A DNA stretch of 64,000 bases, taken from NCBI GenBank assembly GCA_965203295.1, contig CBDBCZ010000012.1:192001-256000 (forward strand), written 5' to 3'. The DNA is from Nitrospirales bacterium. GTDB lineage: Bacteria; Nitrospirota; Nitrospiria; Nitrospirales; UBA8639. Positions within the stretch are counted from its first letter, which is position 1. Each line of letters begins with the position of its first letter. The translations under genes and the position numbers were made by a program. Shown in pieces: positions 27,376 to 38,903 of the stretch. The notes beneath the pieces were generated by a model, which made no database searches, was not told where the DNA came from, and saw only the letters and a program-made list of their open reading frames with translations.

Positions 27376-29759
27376 TAATGAGGAGTTCATAATTTTACAG
27401 TAATACTACACTCGCCTTCATACTGTTCAAGTTCCTGTGTTCTTCTGATCTTTTAGTAGATCTACGAGGTTATTAACTTGCACTCGAGCACTCGCTTGCG
27501 CCATACAAGCTGGCCAAGCTTGTATAGAATTTTGAGCTGACAAACAAGATGGACACAACTAATTAACCCAGGGGTGGAGAGTACTACTCTGGCTCTTGTG
27601 CAGGCCTTGGTAGTATTTCACCATCCTGGGTACATAACCCGACGCTCATAAGCCCCTGTGGGTACCCAGTTCACGCATTCCTTAACAGATGGGAACGTAC
27701 TTATAAGAAATAGAACCTTCTTGTCCCCTCCTGTCCCACAACTTCATACGTGCTCAGCTGTTCCTATAATTTAGGCCATTGCCCACGAAACTTTAGAATG
27801 GGTCGGACCCTTTTATATATGGCTCTACCGTTCCAATGGTTGCAAAACAATCTAGCTAGTGGCACTTGCAAGTTATCTGATAGCATAGTACAGAGGTATT
27901 TATGCAGATCAGTGAGGGCAGACCTGGGCCATGGGGGATGCAGCTAGCCTAGAGCTCTGACGTACTTGAGATAGGGCAGTGTACGTTACAGCATAACACT
28001 GTGCCCTTGGGGCTAGTTGTATGGCATACTGGCAGCTAAAAGGAAGCCTTGTCTTCGATGCGCTGACAACAGAGCAAGGTATGAGCATGCTCTATAATTT
28101 ATCTAGTACTCTACGTATTAAGATATGCAAAATTGATATCACAAGGATACGCACAGCCATTGCCGCCTATTCGCCGTACGTACATGTAACATGTACAGGC
28201 ATCTTGCAACGTGCACTTGCAAGGCCTCTAGACCACACGTGTTCATGAATGTGATTAAGCTTATCTTAATTGCTGTAGCGTATGCTATATAGCTAGTCAG
28301 AGGTATATATCTCTCTCTTAGTGTCACTGAGCATTTTTAGGATGCATCCTAAAATGCTCAGTGATACTGACACATGGTGTAACATTTGGCGTTGCCAACA
28401 CTTGTAACTCAGCAGCAGTGACAACACTTGTCCAGCACACTATATACACTCACACGTATATACTGTCTACAAATTAGTGTGGGACAATAGGCCCTAGTAC
28501 AATGCATGGAACAACCATACAAATTAAACATCTCCAGGGCTTGCTTGTGTCGTCTCCATTCAGGTATAGTCCTAGCGAGTTTAGAATGGCCTGCATCTGC
28601 ACTATGCAAATTTCAGCGAGTTCTAAAACATCGGCAGCATAATCACTATGTGTCAATTCAGCTGCTCTTTCCAGTCAGTGTTCGAGTTTTATATAAAGCA
28701 TTGGCAGTATATGCACTATGTGACAATTCATCTGCTTTTTTCATTCAGTGTTCTAGTTCTAAAACATCGGCGGCATTTCACTATGTGTCAATTTATGGAC
28801 ATAGACTAACAGGGCACACTAGATCACATATGACAAACTAGAAATGCTGTAACCAGTAACATACTTCTTGGTGCTTGTCTTTTATCATTTCTTCTATGCT
28901 TACCAAGTGTACATGTATTTGCAATGCACACATCACCTTCTGCCACCAGACTTCAGTTGCTGGCAACCTTCCAGCTCAGCCACTGTCCAGTTCAGTACGT
29001 TTTGCTCTGTTGAATTGCGTAATTATATATGTACATGTTTATAGATGGCTTACATCGGGTGAAGTATGATTATCAGTATAAGCACAGTTGTTAAGGGAAT
29101 CAATTTATGACCTGCTATTGTTATCTATACCTAAAATTATGTTAGCTACTTTCCTCAATACCACAGTGTGCATTATAATTGCCAATACATCATGTTCAGT
29201 TTGTTTTAATGTCTCTCTCTTCTGCGCAGTAGATAGCCATTTCTTTAGAGAGCATGATGTAGTCTATGCTTGTCCTATGTGGTCTCATGCTGTATGTACT
29301 AGTGCATAGGACTCCTATCATCATGGTGACAGTATCCTTGTCTATGCTTTCAGTCTGGTCTTTTTCTTTCTGTTCTCCTGCCAAAGGATGCCCTTGTTGG
29401 GAATCAGTGGAACTTTTCTATGCTTGTGTCGGCCTTAAAACTTTAAATATTGTCCATCAATGTACATGTACATGTACCACAAAATATCATCAGTAGAATT
29501 TACAAACCAAGTCTGAAAGTGTCCAGTTCATCTGCACAGAATCCCATATGAAGATTGATGTAAGACTCAAATTCACTGTTTACACTTCTGTAGGCAGTAA
29601 ACATGGTAAATGCAAACTGGACAACCAATCAAGTAAACCTTGTCCTTTGACTGGAGATCTTAAAAGCTTTGCCTGCGTACGTATGTGGGTGCATGGCCAA
29701 TGGCGTAAGCGCTATGGCAGTGGCGTGAGTATATTTTTATTCCTAAATCTAAATTGCCT

Positions 29760-31420
29760 TCATCTTCTCTCTCCAATTATTGTCCTAGTTCTCTACTTCT
29801 TATAGTATTAGAGTGCCACTTTGTTATTTATTGATTATTGTACTTACCATCATCTCATTTCCAATTCTCGGTTTGGTTGTTGTCCTGGTTTTTCTACTGT
29901 ATCTGCTCTCCTCTCTGTCACTCACAAATGGGTTTCTTTACTTGATTCACACAACTCTTGTGCTTTTTTTTATCTTTGTAAGGCCTTTTATTCTGTTCCG
30001 CATCATCTCCTCGATACTTTCTGTTCTTTCTGGTTTCCTCCTCACCTCATCTTAGTGCTGTGAACTGGTTACAGTTAAACAGTTAATTGACCAGTTAAAA
30101 TCATTCTATAGGTTATTGGTTTGAAATAGCCACCATCGAGTGAACTGTGTGCATGTGTATATTACTTAACTACGTATGACAGTATAGTGTAGTCGAAGAT
30201 GGATGCTAGCCTGGGTAGTCAGTCACCATCGACATCATCGTTGAGCTCTAGCTCTGTCGCATCCCCGGCCCCATGGTTATTTCTCCGTTCAGTAGGACCT
30301 CCGTTGTATGGAAGCACATTGGTTTCGCGAAAAATGACAGTGGTAAGTTACTCGAGGACAGCCGCGCAATCTGTAAGTTACGTATGCAGTCAGAAAGTTC
30401 CCAATGGTGGGGGCACATTCAAGAATCACCTACGGATGAAACATCACTCAGCTACAGCAAGCTCTTTGTCTGCAACTCGTCCAAAGTTTACTGGTTGCTA
30501 TTGTTCAGCCAGCTGAGGTCAAAAAGTTCAGTTAACTGGTTAATCGGCAGTTATTTGTGAACAGTTAAGTGGTTATATTTTTCATCCAGGTTCACAGCAC
30601 TACCTCATCTTCTGGTTACATACATGTAATTGTTTGCTTAATAGGTACCAACAAGTAGTTATTAATGGTTATTCTTCTTTTAAATTTTGTGTTCTCTCTG
30701 GTGTTCCCCAGGGCTCTGTTCTTGGTCCCCTTCTGTTTAATATTTTCATTAATGTTCTTCCTCTCTCTTCCTCTGCCAGATTAGTTATGTATGCTTACGA
30801 CTTTCTTTTATTTCAACCGTGCAGTTCTGCTTCTGCTTATTCCATGTAACATCGATTCTATTTCTTCTTAGATATCCTCTCGTTCACTTATCATTAATTC
30901 TTCTAAAACTAAGTTTCTTGCCTATCTTCTCTCCCCTCTCTTTGTCTCAACATACAAATACTTTGGTGTTACTGTTTCTTCTGATTTTTCCTGGTTTTCC
31001 CATAGTCAGCCTATTTGCTGTAAATCTAGAAGACGGATTGGTCTCCTCTTTCATTATTTTTCAAGATGTGGACGAATGAGCGGGACATAGAGCTTGAAGA
31101 GAACAGAACGAGATAGAACAGTTCTGCTTCCATTCCTTCTCTTGAGAAAGTTCAATGTCAATATTTCGCTCTTTAGCTCTGTTCCAAAAGCTCATCTTCT
31201 TACTTTTCCCTTCTTCGCCACTTTAACTGACCTTCTCTATCTCCTCAACTAAATTCTTAATAGCTATGTTTACTCTCCTCCTAATGCTTTCTCTATCCAA
31301 CCGCCTTCCTGATTCCTACCACCCTAGAAATTTGCATGTTCCTTCCACTTGCACTTCTGCTCTCCTCCACTCCTTTGCTCTGGAACTCTCTTCCTGCTCA
31401 TCTCAATGACTGTTCTTCAT
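29760..31420 (+). mobile_element. Degenerate CR1/L2 LINE reverse transcriptase fragment
   Basis: SRFG..PGFSTVSALL...KAFYSVPH; QQVVING...SGVPQGSVLGPLLF..FIN...MYAYD (YADD mutated); interrupted by a hAT element. Confidence 0.88.
30053..30602 (+). mobile_element. Non-autonomous hAT deletion derivative retaining a BED zinc-finger relic
   Basis: 13-bp TIR tagtgctgtgaac / gttcacagcacta; 8-bp TSD cctcatct; SVVWKHIGFAKNDSGKLLEDSRAICKL/CSQKVPNGGGTFKNHLRMKH. Confidence 0.92.
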
Positions 31421-32853
31421 ACGTGTAGCTAAACCACCAACTACAGCTTGTTCTGTTTAACATGTTAATTTGAGCTCTGTAAGTACAAATAAGGCCCACA
31501 TCCATCAGTGAAGATAGAAAGATGAGCTGTGCTGCTTGAATCCCCATAGCTAATCATTTCTATCATGCAATGTTCACTTCTCTGCTTCCCAGTTTTTACT
31601 ACCACCTTTTTTTGCCATAAAAACTAGTAGGGGCGGTGTTTTTTTGTTTTGTCTTTTTCATTATGCAAAGAAACATTGGCAGTGGAGACAGCGAATAAGG
31701 CTACCTTAAAGTTAAAATCTCTGCTCTCTTGTGTATTATTGATAATTGGTTAACCTAATACGAATTGCAATGATCTCCTTGCTTAATCCTTAATTCCAGG
31801 TTGGTTCACTAGCAGCAATTGGTGTTGAAGAGGTGAGCTATTTAGATACATGTAGTTGTGAGATTAGGTCAACGGAGTAGAAGGTTGTGGTTTTTCAGGT
31901 AACCGCAATCGTCAAGGCTAATGGTACTATCAATCAATAGTTTGCTGACTATGTATGCATATATAACATACACCAAATGTAGGTACTACACATATACACT
32001 ACTATATACCAGAGGAAAATGTCCTCACCCCCAAAGGAAGACGCGTAACTTCTACATGGGCCTGTAATTACTTCACTAATTAAGGATGGAAAGACAATTC
32101 AGGTAGTGATGAGCCTAATGGAAACATATAGCCACAGCAGAATGGTCCATAGTAGCCTTAACTCCTTGCATGCGAGAGGCCTGTAATTACAAATAGATAT
32201 TCATGACCTATATGCTGGAAGTCATTTCGAACAACAAACACAAAAGTAACAGCCAGATCGTTGATACACGGTACATAGAGCACTTGCAGGATCAAGCACT
32301 AAGGCTTTCAGTGGCCGTATTCAAGGCATGGACTATCCATCTAACCACTCTACTTCATAAGTGGGGACATAAGCAGCACGGAAAGGTTCTGGCTATATAC
32401 CATGCTAAGGCTTGCTAGTACACTCAAGACTTGCTGTCTACACTTTCTGGTTTAGAACAGCTGAAAATTCAATGCATTGGCTTCTTTTGCATTCATATAA
32501 AGACCACACAAACTCTTCCATGGCTGGGAGTCACCAATAGCTGTTTTGTCTACTAAACACTCACAGCACGTTCTACTCAGACACTAATGAAATGCATTAG
32601 GTAAATTAATTTGCATGCGGTGATGCACAAGATGTAATTGTCGTGTGCACTGCCACTGTTAGCATAAAAGAGCTTGGTCAATAAGTTGGCATCTTCAAAT
32701 GTGAGCAGCTCTGCAGAGGAAGGAGCTGGTGCAACTAATAAGACCTGATACAAGTATAATACGTATGTGCTAAGGTCTGATGTACTGAGTGGGCATGATA
32801 CTGCATGTAGCTATCAATTTTTACTAGAGTGTATAGCACAATAGCTGTGATAC

Positions 32854-33168
32854 ATGTTATATTTGTACCATGGGTTTCAAGGTGTATGGGATTTGTACCC
32901 GAGGGCGAAGCCCAAGGGAAGGCATACTACTGCACGAGGGTACAAATCCCATACACCTTAGAAACCCATGGTACAGATGACTTGTGCCATAGTAGCTTTT
33001 ATAGTACCAGCTAATTGTTTCACAGTTTTGAGAAGAAGCCACAGTTGCCCAGCAACCCTCATGTACCCTGGGGTACATGGATGTACCCTGGCTTGAAAGG
33101 CACCGCCTAAGTACATGGGGTTTGTACACTATGGCGGTGCCTTTCAAGTGACTTACAACTATGGTACA
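32854..33168 (-). mobile_element. Diverged relative of the 325-bp hairpin element, reverse orientation
   Basis: tgtaccatgggtttc..ggtgtatgggatttgtac...cccgagggcgaagccc...gtacaaatcccatacacc..agaaacccatggtaca, then IR ttgtgccatagt / actatggtacaa around a diverged cassette. Confidence 0.8.
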
Positions 33169-33322
33169 AATACAAATGTACGTAAAGTTGTTTGAATTTA
33201 TAAGGCATGCACTCCGTCTTTACATCACAGGAACTGAGTGATGAGGCATTAAGAGAAGATATGATTAGGAAGCACTTCACATCCAGAATAGCTGAGCTCA
33301 ATACTAAGGTAAACTTGTATAC

Positions 33323-33647
33323 TTGTACCATAATGCACCTCTACATGAAAGGCACCGCCCAGGGTATATCAGCCATATACCCTAGCGGCTCGTTTGAACT
33401 GTCAATATACCCTAGGGTATATGGTTGCCAGGCAACTAATGCTTCTCCATTAGCGCTTGTCATAACTAACAGCGTTTGTAATTGTATTATGGTACAAGTC
33501 ACCTGTACCATGGGTTTCTAGGGTGTATGGGTTTGTACTCTTCGTGCAGTTATATGTATTTCCTCGGGCTGCGCCCTCGGGAATACATATAACTGCCCTC
33601 AGAGTACAAATCCCATACACCCTAGAAACCCATGGTACAACTATTAC
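33323..33647 (+). mobile_element. Second copy of the 325-bp hairpin element
   Basis: Same length as 9969-10293, about 3 substitutions; tacttgt directly repeated at both ends. Confidence 0.9.
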
Positions 33648-34666
33648 TTGTCTGATAGCTTAACCATTTCTATTCTTACTGCATGTACATATATACGCCT
33701 TGTACTTGGAAGTATGTAGTAAGTGGTGTATTTGTACCCCAAGGCGTATATATGTTCCCTGGAGGAAATGACCAACTAGCATCAAATACAGACTGTCAAG
33801 ACACAAAATCTTGGCTACAAGTTGCGAAACACTCAATCACAGTAATCGTAGCAAGAGTGAAAGACTGTCAGTAGCTACATCACTGATTTATCATTGTCTA
33901 ATGTCGCTGGAAAGGTGAGCACTGTCTTGTACTATTCGCTGGAAAGAGCAGGTATGATCTTGATCTAATACTTCAGTCCGAGCATGTGCTTTTACGTTCA
34001 CTGGTCACGACTTAAAAGTACATCGAAGTTTATTATTGCGTAGAAAGAGTAAGTGTCATCTTATACTATTTGCAGGAAGGAGCAAGTATCCTAAGATTGC
34101 TTTACATTTTTTGCGTTTATTTGTTTGTTTGTGCGTCCACACTTATCACGTGTGCAATACAGTATGCCATACGTTACTGTGCAACTGCAGTATATAGTAG
34201 GTTGTAGGCCAAGCTATAGCAAATGGAGGTATTTGTGTGTTCACTGTGTTGCCAAGACGGCGAAAATATGGTAGGCAGCTGTTAAAATTCTGTTTTCGTT
34301 ATGTATAGCTACTATCTGTAAGCGCACAACAAGACTGCCAAGTCAACACTTTCACTGTACTGCGTTGGATTGCTTATCAGTTTTTGCAGGATGCCTAAAG
34401 GCTATTGTAGCTATAAGTTGTAGTTTTACAGCTGCAGTTAGCTTGGCCTGAGCTGAGTTGTGTGTACTGTATGGGAAAGGTTCCCAGGTGTTTTTTTTAG
34501 ACATGAAATGTCAAACTTGTTACATTAATAGGTCATAGGTTAAAGTATATGCGGGAGTGCACGCATGCGGCTTTGGTTTTCGTCACATACCTACACATGA
34601 ACACAACTCACACCTGGACAAATCCATATGATACATGTATCTGCTTGATACAGTAGCTTGAGGGTA

Positions 34667-35770
34667 CAGTGGAACCTCTATTATCCGAACACCTTGATCC
34701 ATAGGTTGGATGAGACAGCTCACATTAGGTGGTAAAAATTTACCAAAGATTTTATCGTTATAACTCTGCAGCATCTGGATGGGCTGAGCAATTATCCAGA
34801 ACTAGTATTGCACTGGGTTCTTCACCAAGCTTTTCTTTGATGTATTGGACAAAATTATGATGGAACCAGTCAAGAAAGAAGTCGGTGGTTATCCAAGATG
34901 TTTTTTGGCCAGATTACTTCCCTGTCAATAGATCCATCTTCAATCCTTGAAACACTGTGGACGTTGTGCCTTACCGAGCAAATGGAGAGGTAGCCATGTG
35001 GTGCTCGAAATGTTACTGCATACATTCAGATAGACATGTTCCTTCGCCTTTTTTTCCATCATTTATCTTTTCGAATGATGTAGCCATAGTGACATCTGGT
35101 GGGATTTGAACGTTTAAACCAGTTTCATCACAGTTGAAGACCTGATTATGATTAGCTGCTTCCTTGTCAACTGAAAGCTTCTCTTTCTAAACAGAGAGAA
35201 TTTGGATCCCATGCCTTTTGCAAAACCTCCACTTTCATCCTTCACTTCCACTGAATCCTGCTGCTTCTCTATGTAGAAGTTTGCTGAGCTCAACAGCCTT
35301 CTCACACAGCATTGGTCCACTGACCGGGGCTCCCTCCATCCCCTTCTGCCTAAACCACAGATACTCCACTCTGCCTTGTCTAGCTTCTTGTCATTACCTA
35401 ACTTTGGCTTTCCTACTCATTTCCATGCTTACCATCTCACTCTTGAAACCAAGGATCTTCTGTTGGTTCTTTTTTAATATCAGCATCAGTGCTCCTTTCT
35501 ATCCCATGCTTCTCACTTTTTACAGTGTAAGAAACAGACTTTTCCAGCAGTTTTATCACCTCTACTTTTATCGAAGCAATCAACAGAACAACTCTTTTAT
35601 GCTTTGTAGTAGCCTTGAACTGCAAAAGGAACAAAGAAACTCGAAGAAACTCTTGAAGAAACTAGCTAGTCAATGCACATGCACTTTGATCTCTGAACTT
35701 CATTACAACTTTTCAATCTAGATAATCGAGGTGCCGGATAATCGAGGTTTGGATAATCAAGACTCCACTG
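34667..35770 (-). mobile_element. pogo/Tigger-family DNA transposon relic
   Basis: TA-flanked TIRs cagtggaacctctattatcc / ggataatcaagactccactg; minus-strand relics KHKRVVL...KVEVIKLLEK (HTH) and FLPPNVSCLIQPMDQGV (DDE_1). Confidence 0.9.
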
Positions 35771-36522
35771 TACTAATATTTGGTGGGTTTGTGTGGGTAC
35801 AAGAAATTTGGAAATGGCAAAATAAGTGTTTATGTTCAAAGGGAACTTATGTACTTCCAAGATTACAACCGTAACTGTTTTTGTCTCACTTTGTAGCTCC
35901 AAGAAGTGGATAGCAAAGCAGCCTATAATTATGCCGAGGTATGTTTTGTTTGAGCTGGTATGCACACTGCCAAGTGTAAGTGTATTGTTGGTGAGCCAGC
36001 TGAGAGATGCTGATGTAATGAATTGTGTATGCTCAAGCCCAATGCCTTCACTGCTAGGCCACTACATGGCTTTTGGCTGTATGTCCTTGCAGTGCTATTA
36101 GCTTTGTCTCTCTTGATCATGCCTTCATATCATTTATGCATGCCCCTTAATCTTTTGTATGTGGCAGTGTACCATATCATTTCTAATTACTCGTCCAAAT
36201 TATTATTTTTGGTTAATGAATTCATTTGAGGATATAAATTATGAGCAGTGGTGAATAAACAGAAAATTAGTCTGAAAAACTGACAGCATTCACTCTTCAC
36301 TTGCAATGTTAATATTCAACACGGCAGTTCTATTACACAAGCCATGAGCTCTCCATGCTTTCTTCCACTTCTGCTACTTTGCAAACTTCAGCATTTAGCA
36401 GTGGCAGTATATCCACAATCTACAAATGAGCGTGCACACACACAGCAACCAAAGATATAGCCACAACAGGCAGTAAGCTTGTTAAACTGCAACAGGTAAA
36501 TGATGCTTGCACTCACTCCCAG

Positions 36523-37013
36523 CCATAGACATCCAGTCCTGTGGTGTCACTACTGGTGGGGCAGTCAGTCTTCTGGAAGTACTGAAAGTGAACACATGTC
36601 TCATAGTGCTTGACCTGAGAGCAAACCCCTTGATTGGTATGTAGAGGTGTGTGTGTGTGTGTGCTATGTGAAGCTAGCTATAGCCTCATTCTCGTCTCCA
36701 CTCCCCAGCTTTTTGCACATAGTGTGTAGTGTGTTGTACTATGTGTAAAAGGTGTGAGACTATATACTGGTGTTCTTGTCTCTCTCACAAAGGAGCTGCA
36801 GCTTTCCCATATTCCGTGCCGGCCATTACACTATCTCGGTGTCTGAAAATGCAGCTTTAAATACTATCTGGGGATTTTACTGCTGTGTTTAGTATCAATG
36901 TATTTTCAAAGCAGCTTTCAGTCTGCCTTTATTTCTGCCCAGATGATTATGTGGTAGACTCCATCTGTGAGCAACTGTCTGTTAATGTTGCAAGTGTGAG
37001 AGATAAAGATGAG
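36523..37013 (+). pseudogene. CEP78: CEP78 internal LRR exons (36523-36636, 36943-37013)
   Basis: [49 protein letters not shown] versus recalled [39 protein letters not shown]; splice phases consistent. Confidence 0.8.
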
Positions 37014-37509
37014 GTTTGCAGTACATATACAACATATCCTTCTAGTGGCATGCTCATTGTAGTGCCATACACTTATGTTAAATGGCACCTCTTGCAATAG
37101 CGTGGATGTTGTCTTCATGAAAGAATTGAAACAAGTGCTGGGAAGACCAACAACTTACGGCAAATGAAGCGTAAATCACATTGCACCACTTCCAATTCCA
37201 GTGAGGAAATTCTAATTAGCATGTTTGGAAAACGATTTTTAAATTTTCTTAAATAGTTTATGTTGATGTTCTAGGGCAATAAGTGTATAACCGTCAATAT
37301 CTATTGCAACAATACAATGAAAGAAAATTGATAAAACAATACATGACAACAATTAAATTTTCAAGTTCAGAAAATACAGTAATGAGTCAGCGGCTGAGTC
37401 AAGATGTGTCCTTATCCATGATCAGTCCCTCTGTGTACTACTTGGGAATACTTTAATTATAGCACAGCACAGTATGAGATAGCACATAGTGTGCGATGCA
37501 ATTAATGCT

Positions 37510-37757
37510 GCAGAAGGCAAACTGCAGTACATTACTTGCTATAATTATATTACTGTATCCTAAATTGATTAGCTTATTACACATATAGAAAGTATGTATT
37601 GCCAACTACATGTATGTACGTACATATCATGCAGAAGGCAAACTGCAGCATATTACTTGCAATGCTATATATATATTATTGTATCCTAAAATAATTAGCA
37701 TATTACATGTATAGAAATTGTGTATTGACAACTACATGTATGTACATACATATCATG
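37510..37757. repeat. ~121-bp tandem duplication (2 copies)
   Basis: gcagaaggcaaactgcag...gtatcctaaa...caactacatgtatgtac.tacatatcat repeated at 37510 and 37631. Confidence 0.85.
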
Positions 37758-38903
37758 TATAGGCTTATAAACTCATGCAACCTGCACTGTTGTAATACAA
37801 CACTTGGCCTACTACTAAGAGCCTATACTATATATTGATACGTACATAGCCCATGTTCTATCCAGACAGTGATAGCCATACAAAGCCACATTAGTGTCAG
37901 CGTGAGCTGCTGGAGTAGAGAAAGCAAAGTGTGACTGCCCTAGTTTGAATAGGGCTGAAAGAAGGTGAACAGATGAACCCGCTGTGATTGTCTCAAACCT
38001 TCTCATCATTCTTTGAAGGAATCTTCATCAATTACTAAGAGCCTCAGATGTTCTTCAGTTTCCTTAGTCTCTTTTGCCTAATTTCTGCTCTCTGAGCACA
38101 CCTCAAACTATGCTAACCATTGGTGGATTACAATACTTAAACTTCCTGCACCAATATACGTAGCTCTCTCTTCTTAATGTCATAATTCCATTGATTTTAA
38201 CACAAGTGTTCTCAGGCACCACAATATTATTTGCTGTTGTACTCACAGCTGGGCAGCTCATAAGCAGTAATCACTTACAAATTATACCACACTCGGGTTT
38301 AGTAGAGACGGCAGTACACTAGGATCTCCACCCCCAAGAATTTAGAAAAAAATTCCATTGATTTGAACACAAGTGTTTGGTAGTGGACTAGCAGCCAAAG
38401 TTCAGTACCCATCTAGGCATCTATTTTCTTCAAACATTTTGGGTTTGTTATAGAGGGCAGTACACTGGGATCTCCACCACCAAAAATTTAGAAAAAAATA
38501 ATGTCATAATTCCATTGATAGTCCAGTACCCCAATTCCATTTCTAGGCACTATTTTTTCAAATATTTTCTAGAAGATATGCCCCCTGTAGAAGAGCATAC
38601 ATGTACTGTACATGCAGCATATTTCACGTGTGTGTGTTCACTATTCGTCTCCCCCCTCCACCAAAGAATCCTGTATGAAACCCTACACACTAAGTAGCAT
38701 GTCCTTGCAACTTGTTGAGCTGTACACCTGTATCTGTGCTCAGCAAAGCATCTTCCACTTCTAGCTCTCAGGCCCATGTTATGGTGGCACTTACTAGTAG
38801 GCCCCAACTGTAGTTACCGTCTCAAGTTGTTACTTTAGTCTGCTAAATGACGGAAGTTCTTTGTAGTTCTTGACCCGTTCTGTCATACCTTTCTTTCCTT
38901 CAG

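Larger units (their letters stand above)
28950..36495 (+). pseudogene. PPP1R21: PPP1R21 3' exons (28950-28994, 31800-31832, 33231-33308, 35897-35938, ~36399-36495)
   Basis: Phase-0 AG/GT exons give TSVAGNLPAQPLSSS-VGSLAAIGVEE-ELSDEALREDMIRKHFTSRIAELNTK-LQEVDSKAAYNYAE-...TKDIATTGSKLVKLQQ, colinear with recalled SREDLIKNHYMARIVELTSQLQLADSKSVHFYAE. Last exon frameshifted; 5' exons and terminal exons not seen. Confidence 0.8.
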
